From positions 448,001-512,000 of the forward strand of contig CAVQEQ010000003.1 of NCBI GenBank assembly GCA_963711565.1: a DNA stretch of 64,000 nt, read 5' to 3'. The notes under the pieces were generated by a model, which worked only from the letters and a program-made list of their open reading frames with translations, made no database searches and had not been told where the DNA came from. Position numbers and translations under genes: made by a program. This DNA comes from an uncultured delta proteobacterium. Lineage in GTDB: Bacteria > Desulfobacterota > Binatia > Binatales > Binataceae. Positions 38,471-47,582 of this stretch are shown here, in pieces; position 1 is the stretch's first letter; each line of letters begins with the position of its first letter.

Positions 38471-38594
38471 ACCTCTCCCCTACTCGGGAGAGGTTGACGT
38501 GAGTCTGCGAGCGTCGGGTGAGGGCGCGAGCATCGAGCGCAATGCTGGCGCCCTCACCCGCGCCGGAGGCGCGACCTCTCCCGGCGGGAGAGGT
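38471..38594. repeat. REP-like inverted doublet
   Basis: ACCTCTCCC-N6-GGGAGAGGT (38471-38494), CGGGTGAGGGCGC/GCGCCCTCACCCG stem (38515-38560), ACCTCTCCC-N3-GGGAGAGGT (38574-38594). Confidence 0.85.
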
Positions 38595-38595
38595 A

Positions 38596-38946
38596 TCAGA
38601 ACAAAGCTTCGAGCTTCTCCGGCGGACGCGCGATGATCGCGCGCTTGCCGCGAATCACAACCGGGCGCTGCATCAGCTCGGGATGAGCGAGCAAAAGCGC
38701 GACGACCGATTTCCTGTCGGCATAGTCGGCGGGATTCAGGCCGAGCTCCTTGAAGCGCTTGTCCTTGCGGACTAGGTCGGCGACGGGACCGTCGAGGATG
38801 TCGATGATTTTGCCGAGCGCCTCGCGAGTCGGATGATCCTTAAGATATTCGATGATGTCGAAGTCGGCGTTGCGCCGGCGGAGTATCTCGAGCGCGCCGC
38901 GCGAGTTACCGCATGCGGGATTGTGATACAGAGTTATGCGTTCCAT
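38596..38946 (-). CDS. ArsC/Spx-family reductase
   Basis: YHNPACGNSR, EYL, HPELMQRPVV, ARPPE. Confidence 0.9.
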   Translation of the reverse strand: MERITLYHNPACGNSRGALEILRRRNADFDIIEYLKDHPTREALGKIIDILDGPVADLVRKDKRFKELGLNPADYADRKSVVALLLAHPELMQRPVVIRGKRAIIARPPEKLEALF

Positions 38947-38993
38947 CGGGTCCTCGCCGGGATTTTTTGGAGAGCATAGGCGATGCGCGGGCT

Positions 38994-39022
38994 TTGATGG
39001 AAATGCCGTCAGCGGCTACAAT
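38994..39022 (+). promoter_or_regulatory. sigma70-type promoter
   Basis: TTGATG-N17-TACAAT, 35 nt upstream of GTG 39058. Confidence 0.55.
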
Positions 39023-39057
39023 TCACCCGTCGCGAACCTTATTGCCACGGAGTTGTC

Positions 39058-39660
39058 GTGAAGAACATTTCCAATCGAACGTCGGGACTCAATCTTCATT
39101 TCGCAGCAGTTGTTCTAGCGATAGCAGTCGTTGCGGGCCTGGCTGCAGGAGCGCGGATTGCGCGCGCAGCGAACGTAAGCGGGATAATGTCGTATCGCGA
39201 CGGCCGGGCCGCGGATAAACGCCAGCTTCATTATGAGAATCGCGTGACCAACGACATTTTCGTCGCGCCGACCAAGCCCGATGGCTCGTTCACGGCTGAC
39301 CTGCCGCCGGGAGTTTACGATCTGCGCGCCGAACGCGGAGTCGTCCTTGCCCGCAAGATTCGCGTCGATAGCAGCAACGTCAACATCGGGCACGTGGTCG
39401 AGCCTGCGCCGCTGGATGTACGACGCTTGTTCGAGCATCAAACTGTGGCAGAAGCGCTCGTCGAAAGTCCCGCGCCTGCGACGGCGAACGTGACGTCAGG
39501 ACGCCCGCTCGAGGCCATGAAATATGGGCATGAGGCGATTGCTCCGTTCGGTGCACCGGTCGGTACGCCCGCGCCGGAGTCAACTCCGCTTGGCGAAGCA
39601 ACGCCGGTAGCAGCCGCGTCGCCGGGCGCGACAGAGTCGCCAGGGATGGGCGGCTACTGA
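39058..39660 (+). CDS. Exported protein with carboxypeptidase-regulatory-like (prealbumin-like) domain and Pro-rich tail
   Basis: Signal peptide; VSG...T..DGSF..DLPPGVYDLRAE. Confidence 0.7.
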   Translation: MKNISNRTSGLNLHFAAVVLAIAVVAGLAAGARIARAANVSGIMSYRDGRAADKRQLHYENRVTNDIFVAPTKPDGSFTADLPPGVYDLRAERGVVLARKIRVDSSNVNIGHVVEPAPLDVRRLFEHQTVAEALVESPAPATANVTSGRPLEAMKYGHEAIAPFGAPVGTPAPESTPLGEATPVAAASPGATESPGMGGY

Positions 39661-39677
39661 GGTCCATGAGGCGCGAG

Positions 39678-39791
39678 AGAGATTCTCCGCTGCGCTCAGG
39701 ACCACAAGAGAAAGAGCAGTGCCGGCATTTCTGGTGCGACCGTAGAACCCTCACCTACCGGCCGCTATGCAGCCGGCCGCCTCGAGGTAGG
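39678..39791. repeat. Degenerate REP-like / hairpin sequences between convergent genes
   Basis: AGATTCTCCGCTGCGCTCAGG; CCCTCACC; CCTACC...GGTAGG arms enclosing CCGGC..GCCGG. Confidence 0.4.
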
Positions 39792-39798
39792 AATCGGA

Positions 39799-40188
39799 TC
39801 AGGTAGCCGAGCGCTCGACGAACTCGAGGCGGTTGCCCCAGGGGTCGCGGACGAAGAAGCGTTCCTGACCGGGGAATCGGTTGCCGGGGATTATTACTAT
39901 GCCGGCGGTTTCAAGGCGATTGCGCAGTGCTTCGAGGTTGGCAACGCGGAAGGCGGGATGCCGACGCGATTTACTGTTGACCGCCGATGCGTCCTTCTCC
40001 GTGGTCAGATGCAGTTGCTGGACGCCGCATTGGTACCATGCGCCCGGGTTTCCGCTGTCGGTGTTGGCGGGACGCTCGAGCGGCTCAAGGCCGAGCAGTT
40101 CCTGGTAGAATGCGCGCGCCCGCGCGAGCGCGTCGTCGCCGGCGTCGATGAGAAGGTTTACGTGATCGAGTCCGATAATATGGCTCAT
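39799..40188 (-). CDS. VOC/glyoxalase-family protein
   Basis: LDHVNL, FYQELLGL, HPAFRV, FVRDPWGNRLE; start set at ATG 40188. Confidence 0.9.
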   Translation of the reverse strand: MSHIIGLDHVNLLIDAGDDALARARAFYQELLGLEPLERPANTDSGNPGAWYQCGVQQLHLTTEKDASAVNSKSRRHPAFRVANLEALRNRLETAGIVIIPGNRFPGQERFFVRDPWGNRLEFVERSAT

Positions 40189-40297
40189 CGGTAGTCTCCC
40201 TGGCGCTCTCTTTGTCGATTCGATTTTTTTCCCGCGAGCGAGCCGAGTCAATCGCCTTAAGCGCTCGTGGCGCGCGTGGTATATCGTTGCCACGCTC

Positions 40298-42217
40298 GTG
40301 AATTTTCGGTTGGCTCAAAAGCTCGCCACCGCGGCCTGCGCAATCGCCGCGATTTACCTGCTCTCGATCCTCGTGACGGGCGGCTATGCGGTAGATTTCG
40401 CGTTCGTCAGGTTCGACGCCAGCAAGCTGTGGCCTGCAATCGTCGCGATGCTCGGATTTGCGCTGCTGCGAACTGTCTTCAGGCACGGCTCGGTCGAAGG
40501 CGCGCTGATATCGCGTCCGGGATTTATCGTTTTCTCGGTCGCATTGATCGTATTTCTCGCCAACGGCCGCACCATATCCGGCGGTGACTCGGTGCCCGCG
40601 AAGAGTCTGCCTCTGGGCATTCTGCTTCACGGCAATTTCTATCTCGATCAACTGGTAACTCCCGGCGCGAAAAAGATTCCCTACTACCTGCGCGAGAGCG
40701 GCGGGCATTACGTGTCCGACTATCCGGTCGGCGCCGCGCTGATGGCGTTGCCATTCTATGTGCCGTCGATAGTTTGCGGCGTCAGCCCCAGCAGCCGGGT
40801 TTTCGCCGAGCTCGAAAAAGTTTCGGCGGCGACGATTGTTGCGCTGTCCGCCGTGCTGCTTTACATGGCCGCCGCCCGCGTGACCGCCGACTGGATGGCG
40901 ATGCTGCTGACGCTCATCTACGCCTTCGGCACCAGCAGTCTGAGCGTAAGCAGCCAGGCGTTGTGGCAGCACGGGCCCGCGCAGCTCGCGCTCACCGCGG
41001 CGATCTATTGCCTCATCCGCGCCCGCGACGATCCACGCTGGGCGGGATACGCGGGCCTGCCGCTCGCGTTCGAGGTGATTACCCGTCCGGCAGATGCGCT
41101 GATCGCGGCGCCGCTCGGCCTGTACGTCATCATCAACTACCACCGCGAGATCTGGACGTTCATCGCGACCGCGATTGCGCCGATTCTTTTTCAAATGTGG
41201 TACAGCGCCATCTACTTCGGCAGCGCGTTGCGGGTCCAATTTTTCACCGAGCCGACATCGGTAGGCGGGCAGACCGTAGCGCCCAGTGGATTGTGGACGA
41301 CCTCGCTCGCGAACGGGCTGGCGGTAGTGCTGGTGAGCCCCGGCCGCGGATTGTTTTTCTATTCTCCGATTTTCATTCTGTCATTCGCGGGATTGGCGCT
41401 TGCGTGGCGCAGGAATGGTGACGTGCTTTTGCGCTACCTGGGAGTCAGCACGATTTTGACCATATTGTTGGTCGCGAAGTGGCATAAGACCTCCGGCGGC
41501 GAGTCTTTCGGCCCGCGCCTGTTGGCCGATCTCACGCCGATAATGGCGCTCGCCCTGTTTCCGCTGGCGGATTCAATCCGCAATCGCCGCGCGCTTGCGG
41601 CCGCGTTCGCAGCGCTCAGCGTGTGGTCGATCACCGCCAACGCGTCGGGCGCCTTCATCAGCTATAGAGGATGGAACCAGTGGGCGCTCGACGATGCGGA
41701 CAGGCGACTGTGGCTGTGGGGCGACAATCCGGTAGTCGATCCGTTCCGATCGGCTCTGGAGTCGATCACAATTGCGCTCGGGCATCGTCCGACCAGCCGC
41801 AATTCTCCCGACCTGCTCGACGCCCGCATTGTCATGCTCGATACAGCTCCGCCTGAAACGGCGCCGGGAGCGCGCGTTCACGTTTCTGTCCGAGCCACCA
41901 ACATCGGCAAGGCCGTGTGGCTCGGGGGGCGTTCAGCGGATGAGCGCGGTATGGTCAGTCTGGGGTGGGAATGGAAGCGCGACGGGAAGGTGGTCGGGGA
42001 TAGTGAAGTCCGCCGCGAACTTCACTTGAACGTCTTTCCGGGCGACTCGATGGAGCTGGAGGCGTCGGCACTCGCCCCCGATACGCCCGGTCACTACGAG
42101 CTCGAGATTTCGCTCGCGGCCGAAGTCACGAGCCAAAACGCACGCTCGATAGGCCCGCTGTTGACGGTTCCGGTAACGGTCAGCGGGCCAGCCTCGTCAG
42201 CCGGCGGCGCGCCGTAA
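40298..42217 (+). CDS. Polytopic GT-C-fold (ArnT/PMT-like) glycosyltransferase with C-terminal Ig-like domain
   Basis: About 12 TM segments; GD in first loop, SPGRGLFFYSP, FGPRLL; C-terminal V..TNIG..VW...PG....P..PG.Y.L Ig-like module. Confidence 0.65.
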   Translation: MNFRLAQKLATAACAIAAIYLLSILVTGGYAVDFAFVRFDASKLWPAIVAMLGFALLRTVFRHGSVEGALISRPGFIVFSVALIVFLANGRTISGGDSVPAKSLPLGILLHGNFYLDQLVTPGAKKIPYYLRESGGHYVSDYPVGAALMALPFYVPSIVCGVSPSSRVFAELEKVSAATIVALSAVLLYMAAARVTADWMAMLLTLIYAFGTSSLSVSSQALWQHGPAQLALTAAIYCLIRARDDPRWAGYAGLPLAFEVITRPADALIAAPLGLYVIINYHREIWTFIATAIAPILFQMWYSAIYFGSALRVQFFTEPTSVGGQTVAPSGLWTTSLANGLAVVLVSPGRGLFFYSPIFILSFAGLALAWRRNGDVLLRYLGVSTILTILLVAKWHKTSGGESFGPRLLADLTPIMALALFPLADSIRNRRALAAAFAALSVWSITANASGAFISYRGWNQWALDDADRRLWLWGDNPVVDPFRSALESITIALGHRPTSRNSPDLLDARIVMLDTAPPETAPGARVHVSVRATNIGKAVWLGGRSADERGMVSLGWEWKRDGKVVGDSEVRRELHLNVFPGDSMELEASALAPDTPGHYELEISLAAEVTSQNARSIGPLLTVPVTVSGPASSAGGAP

Positions 42218-42253
42218 CTGCCGAATCAGATCAAACGTCGCGCCCGCTGTCTA

Positions 42254-42988
42254 TCATTTCGTTTTTGAGACCGGGGTAGGCGGGCCGCCGCCAGGGCCAT
42301 TGAACGCTCCGGCTCCGGCCGCGATGCCCACTCCGACTCCACCCGCCAAGCCTATTCCAAGCGCGCTCGCACCCACGACGCCCAAGCCGCCGCCCTCCCA
42401 GAACGCGCCGCATCGGACGGTGGTGTGCTCGCCCTTGTGAATGTCTTTGCATTCGGGAGGATTGGCGGTATTGCAGACCTGCACAGTACCGTCGTCAACA
42501 TCGACCTTGGTGTTCTGACGGCAGCCGTGGTGGTCCTTCGTGTCGTAATGTTCATTCCAATCGGTTCCGCGAACCGCTCCGATCGCGTTGGGCGTATTCA
42601 CTTCGAACGTGGTCGAACTGCCACGCATCGCACCTAATATGACGGTGTGGAGGTCGCCACCCAGCAGCCCGACCCTGCTAGGCGCGCCGACTCCATTCAC
42701 CAGCACGCTGTTGTCGATCGTAATGGTCAACGATGCGCCCAATTGTAGAGAACTGTTATCGACCAGGCCGATCACTAGCGACGAGTTCGCGTCGGTCGCG
42801 ACAGTGTCGTGCAGCATGACGGGCATGTTCGTCAGCACTGCGATAGTCGCGCCGTTGCGCTGGATGTTCGCTGTCCCCTGAACTTGCGTGATCGTACCGA
42901 CGGTGTTCTGCGCATGAGCTGCGGGGACCGCTGCCGCCAACGTCAGCATCGCGAGTATTAAAAGCGAAGCAATCCTTGAGAATTTCAT
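42254..42988 (-). CDS. FecR-domain exported protein with Gly-rich C-terminal hydrophobic tail
   Basis: Signal peptide ending AHA-Q; VGTITQVQG, D.V.T, FEVNTPNAIGAVRGT; start set at ATG 42988. Confidence 0.8.
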   Translation of the reverse strand: MKFSRIASLLILAMLTLAAAVPAAHAQNTVGTITQVQGTANIQRNGATIAVLTNMPVMLHDTVATDANSSLVIGLVDNSSLQLGASLTITIDNSVLVNGVGAPSRVGLLGGDLHTVILGAMRGSSTTFEVNTPNAIGAVRGTDWNEHYDTKDHHGCRQNTKVDVDDGTVQVCNTANPPECKDIHKGEHTTVRCGAFWEGGGLGVVGASALGIGLAGGVGVGIAAGAGAFNGPGGGPPTPVSKTK

Positions 42989-43248
42989 CTGGATAAGTTC
43001 CCGCATCTTCTCTACATGTCCCCCTCGGGAGCCCTTCTCATTCAATGTTTAGCGCGGCAAGTATGGCAGAAATACCGGCTTAGAAGAAACCGGTGAATCT
43101 GCCAGCAATAGGCATATTCTTCATGCGTAGTAATATCTAGAGACGTTACTGCGTGAACTCTGAACTCTCCTCAGCGAACCAGTCCCGCGCCACAGTTTCA
43201 GGCCTGATACAATCGGCTTGATCGTCGGCGGTAGGTGGTGAGCTGAAA

Positions 43249-44490
43249 TTAGTCGCGTGATGCGCGCAGAGCCTGCTGTTGCGCGGGCGCATCTTCGCCT
43301 ATGGAAGCCCGCGCATGATCGCGTGTGACCGACGCCGCGCCAGTTCGAACGCGCATGCTCTTTTCTGTTCCAACCACACTTCGGTAGAGGTCGAGAGTTT
43401 GCGCAGCCATTTCCGCTATTCCGAAGTCATTGACTGCACGAGCGCGCCCCGCCCGTCCCATCTTTTCGCGCAGCTCGGGATTGTCCAGCAACCGGTTGAG
43501 CGCCGCCGCCATCTCGTCGGAACTTCTCGGCGGGACAGTGAACCCGGTGATGCCGTCCTGCGATACATACGGGACTCCCGTGTCGATCCGGGTGTTCACC
43601 ACCGGGATACCGCAGGCCATCGCCTCCAACTGAACTATGCCGAAGGCCTCGCTGCGCTCGCACGACGGCAGCGCGAAAACATCGGAGGCGTGGTAGTAGT
43701 TGATCAGATTGTCATCAATCTCGCCGAGAAAAACGACGCGGCCGGAGGCTCCGTTGCTGGTTGCTTCGCGCTCGAGCTCGACACGCAAGGGACCTTCGCC
43801 AATGATCACCAGCTTGGCGTCAACCTTCGACATCGCCCGGATGAGAAACTTGATTCCCTTGTAATGGACCAACCGGCCGACCGACAGAATTATTCTCGGT
43901 CCGAAGCGCTGGCGCAGTTCGCGCACCATAGAGTGGTCAACGCGATTCTCGGCGAACTGTTCGGCGGAAATCCCAAATGGAATCAGATGGCAGCGGTCGG
44001 CGTAACGCGTGAGTACCTGCGAACTGGCGATGTAAGCGGGCGAAGTCGCGACAATCGCGGCACACCGCCTGAGCAGCAATCGCTCGAGCGGACGATAGAG
44101 GCGGACTAATCGGCGCTGGCGCACAATATCGCTATGCCAAGTGATCACGAGCGCGCCAGCGGGCCGGGCAAGCAGACAGGCAATCGCAGCCGCCGGGTTC
44201 GGCAGATGCAGATGCACGATGTCCGCCTTCTCACGCCGGATGCTGCCAATCATCGCCGGGCATATCGGCGCCGAGGCCAGCGTCATCGCGCGCGGCAGCC
44301 GGAGGACGTCGATGCCCTCGATACTTGCGCGTTCACGGCGCCAGCTATCGTTGGCGACGATCACTTTCAGATCGACGGACTTGCGCAGCTCCGTGCACAA
44401 GTCGCGCAGGTGCGACTCGATACCGCCACGGCTCGGCGCAAAGTACTTGCCCATCTGCAATACGCGGAGCCGTCTTCCGTTGGAGGTCAT
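43249..44490 (-). CDS. Glycosyltransferase family 4
   Basis: GKYF.P..GGIE, VGRLVHYKG, EAFGIVQLEAMACG. Confidence 0.92.
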   Translation of the reverse strand: MTSNGRRLRVLQMGKYFAPSRGGIESHLRDLCTELRKSVDLKVIVANDSWRRERASIEGIDVLRLPRAMTLASAPICPAMIGSIRREKADIVHLHLPNPAAAIACLLARPAGALVITWHSDIVRQRRLVRLYRPLERLLLRRCAAIVATSPAYIASSQVLTRYADRCHLIPFGISAEQFAENRVDHSMVRELRQRFGPRIILSVGRLVHYKGIKFLIRAMSKVDAKLVIIGEGPLRVELEREATSNGASGRVVFLGEIDDNLINYYHASDVFALPSCERSEAFGIVQLEAMACGIPVVNTRIDTGVPYVSQDGITGFTVPPRSSDEMAAALNRLLDNPELREKMGRAGRARAVNDFGIAEMAAQTLDLYRSVVGTEKSMRVRTGAASVTRDHARASIGEDAPAQQQALRASRD

Positions 44491-44596
44491 CTGTCTAATC
44501 CTACCACGTTGTTCGAGCGCGACTAAAATTGGAATGCGTGAGATCGGCTAACGGCGAACAAAACGGCCGGCGCGAACAGTGGCCAGTCTGCGCTGG

Positions 44597-45205
44597 TCAA
44601 GCTTTTTGGAAGATGAGACAAGTCTTAATGCCATTCGAGCTGCGGTCCACCACCGGCCAGTTGGGCATAGGATTGTCCCCCGCTGAAGACCACAAGTTGG
44701 TGTCGTCCACCACCATGTACCCTCCACGAGCGATCTTGGGAATCGTGGCGCGGATGCAAGCGCCGCGGTAATGACCGTCAATCAGTACGACGTTAAGACT
44801 CGAATCGGGGAACTCGTTGGCGACGGCAACGTATGCGGGCAGAGGATCGTAATCGGGACGCTCGCCTTCGGATTCGGGATGTCCCAGTGGAACCAATCGG
44901 TAGTCCACATTCGTGATGCCGCCGGCGGCCAGCTTTTCCTTAACTGTCACAAACCACTGCGAATTATGCTCAACGCTCGTTAAGCGCTGGACGAGTGTGG
45001 CAAACCAGACGGTACTGCGGCCACTCCCAAATTCCAATCCGCAGGGCAATCCGCGAAAGTGCTGTTCGCCGAAAGCTATTGTTCCCGGGCAAAGCCACGG
45101 GGCCTCCGGATGCAATCGCTCCCAAACCCAATTGCGGACGCGGTGTGGAACTAATTGCGGACGCCGCAGGTAAAAGCCCAGCTTCTGATTGAGTTGCTTT
45201 TCCAT
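44597..45205 (-). CDS. Class I SAM-dependent methyltransferase-like protein
   Basis: PWL, LEFGSGRST, SVEH, VLIDG..R, GG.MVVDD; AT-richer than flanks. Confidence 0.75.
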   Translation of the reverse strand: MEKQLNQKLGFYLRRPQLVPHRVRNWVWERLHPEAPWLCPGTIAFGEQHFRGLPCGLEFGSGRSTVWFATLVQRLTSVEHNSQWFVTVKEKLAAGGITNVDYRLVPLGHPESEGERPDYDPLPAYVAVANEFPDSSLNVVLIDGHYRGACIRATIPKIARGGYMVVDDTNLWSSAGDNPMPNWPVVDRSSNGIKTCLIFQKA

Positions 45206-46380
45206 CAGAATGCCGAGCGTCCAAATATTCGACGATACAACTCCACGCTCCGGTTGGCATACTCACTCCAGCTGAATCGCGATGCCCACAGGACGCCCGC
45301 ATCGCGCCGGCTGTTCCACCTGCCCGGATGCTCGGATCGCTCTTGCAGCATGGCGGTCGCCGCCGCGGTCCAGGCCGATACTTCGCCGACAGGACTGTAA
45401 ACGACCGATTCGCCACCAACCTCGCGGAGCACCGGGATATCGCTGGCAAGTACTGGCGTGCGGCAGGCAAGCGTCTCGATCACCGGCAAACCGAATCCTT
45501 CGTTGTCGGAGGGCAGCATGAGCATGGTGGATCGCCGATACAAAGCCGCGAGAACTTCCCTGCTCAGCAGTGGCAACACGCTCAGCCGATCCTCGATACC
45601 CAAGTCGCGCGCAAGTGCCGATTGGGCTGGCGTCAGATGACCCGCCTTTATCAGACGCGCCTTGGGAGCCACCGGCAGAAGTGCGGCGAATACTCGCAGC
45701 AGAACATCGATCCGTTTGCGCGGCCGGTTGCTCCCAACGTGGAGCAATTCGAGCGCATCGGGGTCGCGAGGTCCAAGAAGCTGATCGACCTGCGCGTCCG
45801 CGGCAGCATCAGGCCCGGGCTGATACGCCGGATGTACTCCATTGTGTACGACCGAGACCCGGTCGGCTGATAACACGCGATGCGCGAGAATTTCATCGAG
45901 GATCGTCTGACTGTCACACGCCACCGCAGCGGCGCTCTTCAATCCGCGGAGCAGACGCCCGGTCATGGCGCGAAATGCGACTGACCTGGGTTCGCGCTCC
46001 GGCTCCAACAGGCAGCGGAAGGCGTTGAGGTCGTGGCAGGTTATCGCGACGGGCTTCGACGGCGCTTCAAGCGCGAGATGACTGTAACTGTGATCGACGA
46101 TATGGAGGAGATCGAAACGACTGCGATTGCGCCTGACCCACATCGGATAGACCAAGTAGCGATTGAAGGAGCGCTCGGCGGTTCGTATCAACCATCGGTC
46201 GTGCAACCTACGCGGATAAATCGGCAGCCTGACGAAGCGCGGCTGCACCTTGGTCACTTCGTACTCTGCGGCGTGTTCGGCGGCGAGATGCGTCGCGATC
46301 ATGTCGCCGACGAGATCCATGGAGAGCCATCCTTCCTCGCGGAAATCGCAAAGTACCGCCAGCCGCGGCCGACTCTTCAT
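45205..46380 (-). CDS. Glycosyltransferase family 4
   Basis: HVGS..PRKR, EGFGLPVIE..AC, SDIPVLREVGG; start set at ATG 46380. Confidence 0.9.
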   Translation of the reverse strand: MKSRPRLAVLCDFREEGWLSMDLVGDMIATHLAAEHAAEYEVTKVQPRFVRLPIYPRRLHDRWLIRTAERSFNRYLVYPMWVRRNRSRFDLLHIVDHSYSHLALEAPSKPVAITCHDLNAFRCLLEPEREPRSVAFRAMTGRLLRGLKSAAAVACDSQTILDEILAHRVLSADRVSVVHNGVHPAYQPGPDAAADAQVDQLLGPRDPDALELLHVGSNRPRKRIDVLLRVFAALLPVAPKARLIKAGHLTPAQSALARDLGIEDRLSVLPLLSREVLAALYRRSTMLMLPSDNEGFGLPVIETLACRTPVLASDIPVLREVGGESVVYSPVGEVSAWTAAATAMLQERSEHPGRWNSRRDAGVLWASRFSWSEYANRSVELYRRIFGRSAF

Positions 46381-47561
46381 GCGGGTGAAGATTGCGCCGC
46401 AGTACCGCGGCAATCGAGTAGTTCATCGAAAAAGCCGAGGTGTTTGCGAGCGACTACGCGCCAATCGAACTGGGTCCGGGCACGATCCAGTCCACGGTCG
46501 GCCAGTTCCTTCCGCCTGGAAGGACTCTCCAGCAGCGCCGCGAGGGCGGTGACCCATTGGCCCTCGTCGCGCTCGTCAACGATAACGCCGGCGTCACCGA
46601 CGGAATACGGAATCTCACCGCTGTTGCTGGCAATCACCGGCACGCCGCACGCGAACGCCTCCACGAGCATCCGTCCAAATTGCTCGCGCCATCGCGGAGT
46701 TGTCTGGCTCGGCGCGCAAAGAATATCCATCGCGTTGAGATAGGCCGGAACGCGATCGTGCTGGACGCCGGTGACGATCCTTACGCTGTCACCGAAATCG
46801 GCGGCCCATCGGCGAAGTTCGGTTTCGAGCGGGCCCATGCCGACAAACATGGCGCGCCAGGGCGACAACGTCTTCGATAAGATGCTCGTCAGGAAGCGAA
46901 CCCCTTTCTCTTCAACCAGCCTGCCGAGAAATCCCACTATCGGAGGTCCCGGCTGGTCCCAGCCGAGTTCGCGCCGGATCGAAAGTCCGGCGGCGGCATC
47001 GGGCCTGAACGCGGCAAGGTCCACCCCAAGCGGAATCACTCGATGAGGCTTCGAGTCGTAGCCGCGGGCGGATAGTACGCGCGCCACCGCTTCCCCGCCC
47101 GCGATCCAGCCGGCGCATCGCTTGACGCAGAAGCGTTCGATGCTGCCGAAGGGTGGCAGATAATGCTTGTCGAGATTCTGAGCGGTGTAGAACACCCACG
47201 GAGTTTTCCGGGAAACCGACCAGGCCACCTGCCCTCCAGCCAGGACGTACGGCTCCTCCCAGCAATGGACGAAATCCCAACGCTCGCCGAGCAATTCGCG
47301 CAGCCGCCGACCGTAGCAGAGAAGCTGCGGGACGCCGGTCAGGTGCGCCGGCACGATTTCGAGATTCAGCTGCTCATCATCCTGACGCTCAAGGTCGATT
47401 GGCCGCAGCGCAGATTGCACGAACGATGGCGCCACGGCGGTCACTTCCCAGGTGCCGTTGCTCTCGCGCGCGATTTCCTGGGGCAGTCTTCGGTTGAGCG
47501 ATACCACGTAGGAGTGTCCTATCGACAGCAGCCGTCGTGGCCGCGACCGTCCCGAAGTCAT
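46377..47561 (-). CDS. Glycosyltransferase family 4
   Basis: HSYVV.LN, EEPY, GRLVEEKG, WREQFGRMLVEAFACG. Confidence 0.92.
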   Translation of the reverse strand: MTSGRSRPRRLLSIGHSYVVSLNRRLPQEIARESNGTWEVTAVAPSFVQSALRPIDLERQDDEQLNLEIVPAHLTGVPQLLCYGRRLRELLGERWDFVHCWEEPYVLAGGQVAWSVSRKTPWVFYTAQNLDKHYLPPFGSIERFCVKRCAGWIAGGEAVARVLSARGYDSKPHRVIPLGVDLAAFRPDAAAGLSIRRELGWDQPGPPIVGFLGRLVEEKGVRFLTSILSKTLSPWRAMFVGMGPLETELRRWAADFGDSVRIVTGVQHDRVPAYLNAMDILCAPSQTTPRWREQFGRMLVEAFACGVPVIASNSGEIPYSVGDAGVIVDERDEGQWVTALAALLESPSRRKELADRGLDRARTQFDWRVVARKHLGFFDELLDCRGTAAQSSPA

Positions 47562-47582
47562 CGATCATCTCTCAGGACGGCG

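Noticed and set aside
38596-38946. Arsenic resistance operon
   Set aside because: A lone ArsC-family gene without arsR, arsB or acr3.
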